A stretch of 64,000 nucleotides of DNA from an uncultured Chloroflexia bacterium (GTDB lineage: Bacteria; Chloroflexota; Limnocylindria; QHBO01): contig CAWHAZ010000003.1 of the NCBI GenBank assembly GCA_963827475.1, positions 1 through 64,000 on the forward strand. Direction: 5' to 3'. A model generated the notes under the pieces. That model had not been told where the DNA came from and ran no database searches. It was given only the letters and a program-made list of their open reading frames with translations. Of this stretch, positions 60,615 through 64,000 are shown piece by piece. A program made the translations under genes and the position numbers. Every line of letters begins with the position of its first letter. Within the stretch, counting starts at the first letter, position 1.

Positions 60615-61535
60615 TCACCAGGGCAGGAGCTGGCGCATGGCGAACCACAGGTTGGCCGGCCGCTCGGCGAGGCGCCGCACGTACCACGGGTACCAATAGT
60701 CGCCATACGCGATGAGCACCCGCACCCGGAAGCCCTCGGCGCGGAGCCGGCGCTGCTGGTCGACCCGGATGCCGTACAGCATCTGGACCTCGAAGGCGTC
60801 TCGACCGATACCGGCCGCCGCGGCGACGCCGGCGATCTCGTGGACGAGGCCGACGTCGTGGGTGCCGAGGCCGAGGCGCAGACGACCGGCGGCCACCTCC
60901 GGCAGCATGGACACCGCCAGGTCCCGATAGGCGGTGTCGACGTCCCGCTTGTCCCGGAAGGCGACGGCGGACGGTTCGTCGTAGGCGCCCTTCACCAGGC
61001 GGACCGATGCGCCGAGCGGGCGGAGCCGCTCGACGTCGGCGGGCGTTCGCCGCAGGTACGCCTGGAGGCAGAGGCCGACCCCGGGCTGAGCCTCGAGCAG
61101 CCGGACGTAGAGGTCCACGGTCCGATCGACGTAGGAGCTGTCCTCCATGTCGACCCACAGGTGGCTGCCGATCGCGTCCGCGTGCCGGGCGAGCGCCAGG
61201 CCGTGGTGGAACGTGACCTCCGGATCGAGGTCGAGACCGAGCTGGGTGAGCTTGGGCGAGACCTCCGGATGGAGCCCCCACCGCGCGAATCGGCCCATCA
61301 GCTCGTGGTAGTGCGCCGCCACCTCGTCGGCCTGGGCCAGCTCGGTCAGGTTCTCACCCAGACGGGTGAAGAGGGACGGGAGCCCGGCCGCCTGCAGGGT
61401 GCCGGCAGCCCGGAGCGCATCGTCCATCGTCTCGCCGGGCATGAACCGGCGAACGGCGCGTTGGGCTCCGGGCAGGCGCGGGACGTGGGTGCGGAGCCAC
61501 TGGTTGCGGGCACACCACAGCAGGAATTGGCGCAC
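60615..61535 (-). CDS. monofunctional proline dehydrogenase
   Basis: RRFMPGET, LGEN, KLTQLG, VDMEDS, QAYLRR, RLVKGAY, GTHD, QMLYGIR, YVRRLAERPAN. Confidence 0.94.
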   Translation of the reverse strand: MRQFLLWCARNQWLRTHVPRLPGAQRAVRRFMPGETMDDALRAAGTLQAAGLPSLFTRLGENLTELAQADEVAAHYHELMGRFARWGLHPEVSPKLTQLGLDLDPEVTFHHGLALARHADAIGSHLWVDMEDSSYVDRTVDLYVRLLEAQPGVGLCLQAYLRRTPADVERLRPLGASVRLVKGAYDEPSAVAFRDKRDVDTAYRDLAVSMLPEVAAGRLRLGLGTHDVGLVHEIAGVAAAAGIGRDAFEVQMLYGIRVDQQRRLRAEGFRVRVLIAYGDYWYPWYVRRLAERPANLWFAMRQLLPW

Positions 61536-61688
61536 GGCCCCGCGATGGTACCCGCCGACCCCGCCGGCCTCGATGCTCCTTCGCCCTACCGGCCGGCAGC
61601 GCACCGATTCTGCCGGATATCGAGATCGAATCTCATATCCTTGTCGCAGCACGCCCGAGCACTCCCTCCGCTCCTGCACAATGCGACC

Positions 61689-63366
61689 GTGTCTCCATCC
61701 CGGACGATGAGGCCCCGTTGGCTGGCCGCGGGGGGCGTGGCGGTCGCGCTGCTCATCGTCGTGGCGGTGGGTGCCGTCGCCCTTCGCGGACCCGTGGCAA
61801 CGGGGGACGCCCTGCCGGCACCTCACTTCGTCGATGAGGCGGCGGCTGCCGGCGTCATCCACCGGTACGACGGGGAGGCCGACTTCTTCGTGGGCGGCGG
61901 CGTGGCGGTGTTCGACTGCGATACCGATGGCCGGCCGGACCTCTACTTCGCGGGAGGCGAGCTCCCGGCGGCCCTGTACCGCAACGAGAGCTCCCCTGGC
62001 GGGACCCTTGCCTTCGTCGCCATCCCGCATGCCGAAACCGACGTGCCACCGGGTCACCGGCGCCTACCCGATCGACGTGGACAGCGACGGCACCGTGGAT
62101 CTTGCCGTCCTGCGCCACGGGGAAAACGTCCTGCTCCGCGGTCTTGGCGACTGCCGGTTCGAGCGCGCGAACGAGGCCTGGGGCTTCGACGGCGGAGATG
62201 TATGGACGACCGCATTCAGCGCGACCTGGGAGGGATCAGCCCCCTGGCCGACGCTGGCGTTCGGCAACTACGTCAGTGACGTGTTGCCCGACCCGGATCG
62301 CTTCTGCCACGACAACGAGCTCATCCGACCGGCCGCGACCGGGACCGGCTTCGGGCCGCCCGTCGCGCTCAGTCCCGGCTGGTGCGCGCTGTCCATGCTG
62401 TTCAGCGACTGGGATCGGTCAGGTCGACGCGACCTGCGGGTGTCGAACGACCGCCACTACTACGGCGACGCCAGCGACGGCGAGGAGCAGCTCTGGCGCG
62501 TCGATCCAGGCGAGCCGCCGCGTCTCTACACCCGCGAGGACGGCTGGCAGACGGTGCGGGTCTGGGGCATGGGCATCGCCAGCGCTGACCTGACCACGGA
62601 CGGCTACCCCGAGTACTACCTCACCAGCCAGGGAGACAACAAGCTCCAGGTCCTCGCCGACGGGCCGGCCGAGCCGATGTACGAGGACATGGCCCTCGAG
62701 TCCAACGCGACCGCGCATCGGCCGTATGCCGGTGACGTCGAGCACCTATCGACGGCGTGGCACGCGGAGTTCGACGACGTGAACAACGACGGCTGGCTGG
62801 ACCTGTTCGTCAGCAAGGGAAACGTCGAGGCCATGCCCGACTACGCGGCAGACGACCCGAGCAACCTGCTCCTCGGACAGCCGGACGGCACGTTCGTCGA
62901 GGGAGCGGAGGCTGCCGGCATCGTGAGCTATGCCCGCGCGCGGGGGGCGGCCGTCGCGGACCTCAACCTCGATGGGCTCCTCGACCTGGTCGTCGTCAAC
63001 CGTCGCGAGAACGTCCTGCTCTGGCGCAACCTGGGGAGTGGCAGCGGGACGACGGCCGAGCCGATGGGCCACTGGCTGGGCATTCGAGTCGAGCAGGACG
63101 GCGCCAACCCCGACGCCGTCGGGTCGTGGATCGAGCTCCGGTTCGGCGACCGCATCGCCAGCCGAGAGGTGACCGTCGGCGGCGGGCACGTCAGCGGACA
63201 GCTGGGTTGGGCCCATGTCGGACTTGGCGGCCACGAGCAGGCCGAGGTGCGGGTCATCTGGCCCGATGGAGAGATCGGTCCGTGGTTATCGGTCGACGCG
63301 GACCAGTTCGTCGTGATCGAGCGCGGCGCGGACGCCGCCCGCCCGTGGCAGCCAGGCGAGGACTGA
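61689..63366 (+). CDS. secreted or anchored CRTAC1-family (FG-GAP repeats + ASPIC/UnbV) protein, frameshift near 62045
   Basis: N-terminal hydrophobic segment; repeats DCDTDGRPDL, DVDSDGTVDL, DVNNDGWLDL, DLNLDGLLDL; C-terminal GGGHVSG..HVGLG..VIWPDG. Confidence 0.85.
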
Positions 63367-63394
63367 ACGGGGAGCCAGCGACCGCCGAGCTCGG

Positions 63395-64000
63395 CTAGAG
63401 CCAGCCCCTCCAGTGGGCAATCAGCAGGATGACGGCGGACACGGCGGCGATCCCCATGACCGCGACCAGGAACAGCCCGTTCCCCTCGAAGATGGGTGAC
63501 GAGAAGTTCATGCCGAAGATGCCGGCGATCACGCTGGCGGGCAGGAGGGTAACCGAGACGACGGTGAGCACCCGGACGACGTCGTTCGTCCGCTGCGCGG
63601 TGCGGGTCATGACCAGGTCGAACGAGCCCAGGAGGAGCTGGCGGGCGTTCTCCACCGCGTCGATCGCCCGCTCCAGGCGGTCCAGGAGGCCCGGCCATGG
63701 GTCGGGACCGCCCGGCGTGATCCCCAGCTCGGGCCGGGCGAGGGCCGCGACGACACCGCGGTGTGGCACGAGGGCGCGTCGCAACCGGGCGACGCGCCGT
63801 CGAAGAATCGTGAGCTCCCGCACGAAGGATTGGCCGGGGGTCGCCCGCAGGGCGCGGTCGTCGAGGTGGTCGATATCGCGCTCGATCGCCTCGGTGGCGG
63901 CGAAGTAGGCACCCAGCAAGCCGTCGATGAGGAGGGCAACGAACGTGGCCGCGTCGAGCGCGCCGAGCTCCGACCGACCCTCCACCAGGTCGACGAAGTC
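63395..64000 (-). CDS. CorA-family divalent cation transporter (5' end outside the window)
   Basis: NDVVRVLTVVSVTLLPASVIAGIFGMNF (GMN motif) and two C-terminal TM segments. Confidence 0.9.
   Translation of the reverse strand, partial: DFVDLVEGRSELGALDAATFVALLIDGLLGAYFAATEAIERDIDHLDDRALRATPGQSFVRELTILRRRVARLRRALVPHRGVVAALARPELGITPGGPDPWPGLLDRLERAIDAVENARQLLLGSFDLVMTRTAQRTNDVVRVLTVVSVTLLPASVIAGIFGMNFSSPIFEGNGLFLVAVMGIAAVSAVILLIAHWRGWL

Noticed and set aside
1075-62050. Frameshifts in rsmI, gcvPB, gcvPA, ftsQ, the 44129 gene, pccB (two), the CRTAC1-like gene and perhaps the BCCP start, considered as pseudogenes or programmed frameshifts
   Set aside because: They are scattered across unrelated and often important genes, motifs are intact on both sides, and there is no shared slippery sequence. 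Assembly indel errors are the simplest explanation; read polishing would settle it.
1-64000. CRISPR array, prophage, IS element, rRNA or defence system
   Set aside because: No regularly spaced repeats, and no cas, phage, transposase or rRNA signatures were seen.

Overview
A very GC-rich, densely packed bacterial core-chromosome segment. Gene content and protein style suggest a monoderm Chloroflexota-type organism (inference only). Left to right, mostly on the minus strand: ssb (partial), rsmI, a split glutamine-dependent NAD synthetase (nitrilase-family gene + nadE), two complete tandem peptide ABC (Opp/Dpp) operons, an ECF sigma with its ZAS anti-sigma, nudix-gcvT-gcvH-gcvPA-gcvPB, a GT4 glycosyltransferase, a CYTH-like protein, tRNA-Val(CAC), an MFS transporter, a dcw cluster (mraZ to ftsZ, yggS, yggT; no murE or murC), two Cys-rich hypothetical genes, RNase P RNA, rnhA, icd-sdhCDAB, sucCD, a propionyl-CoA/methylmalonyl-CoA operon led by tRNA-Ile2(CAT), parAB, several hypotheticals, proline dehydrogenase, a CRTAC1/FG-GAP protein and a partial corA. 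No mobile element or CRISPR array was seen. About nine single-base frameshifts in conserved genes look like assembly errors. The strongest leads are: (1) a circularly permuted DppA-family binding lipoprotein; (2) a ParAB pair with non-canonical DNA-recognition residues beside two copies of a 16-bp palindrome GTCTTT-N4-AAAGAC (candidate new parS); (3) an RNase P RNA that appears to lack P13, P14 and P18; (4) DnaA-box-like sites upstream of ftsZ and parA; (5) an unannotated small gene inside the dcw operon and a repeat-bearing leader before the glycine-cleavage operon. All product calls come from motif recognition by eye; no searches were run.
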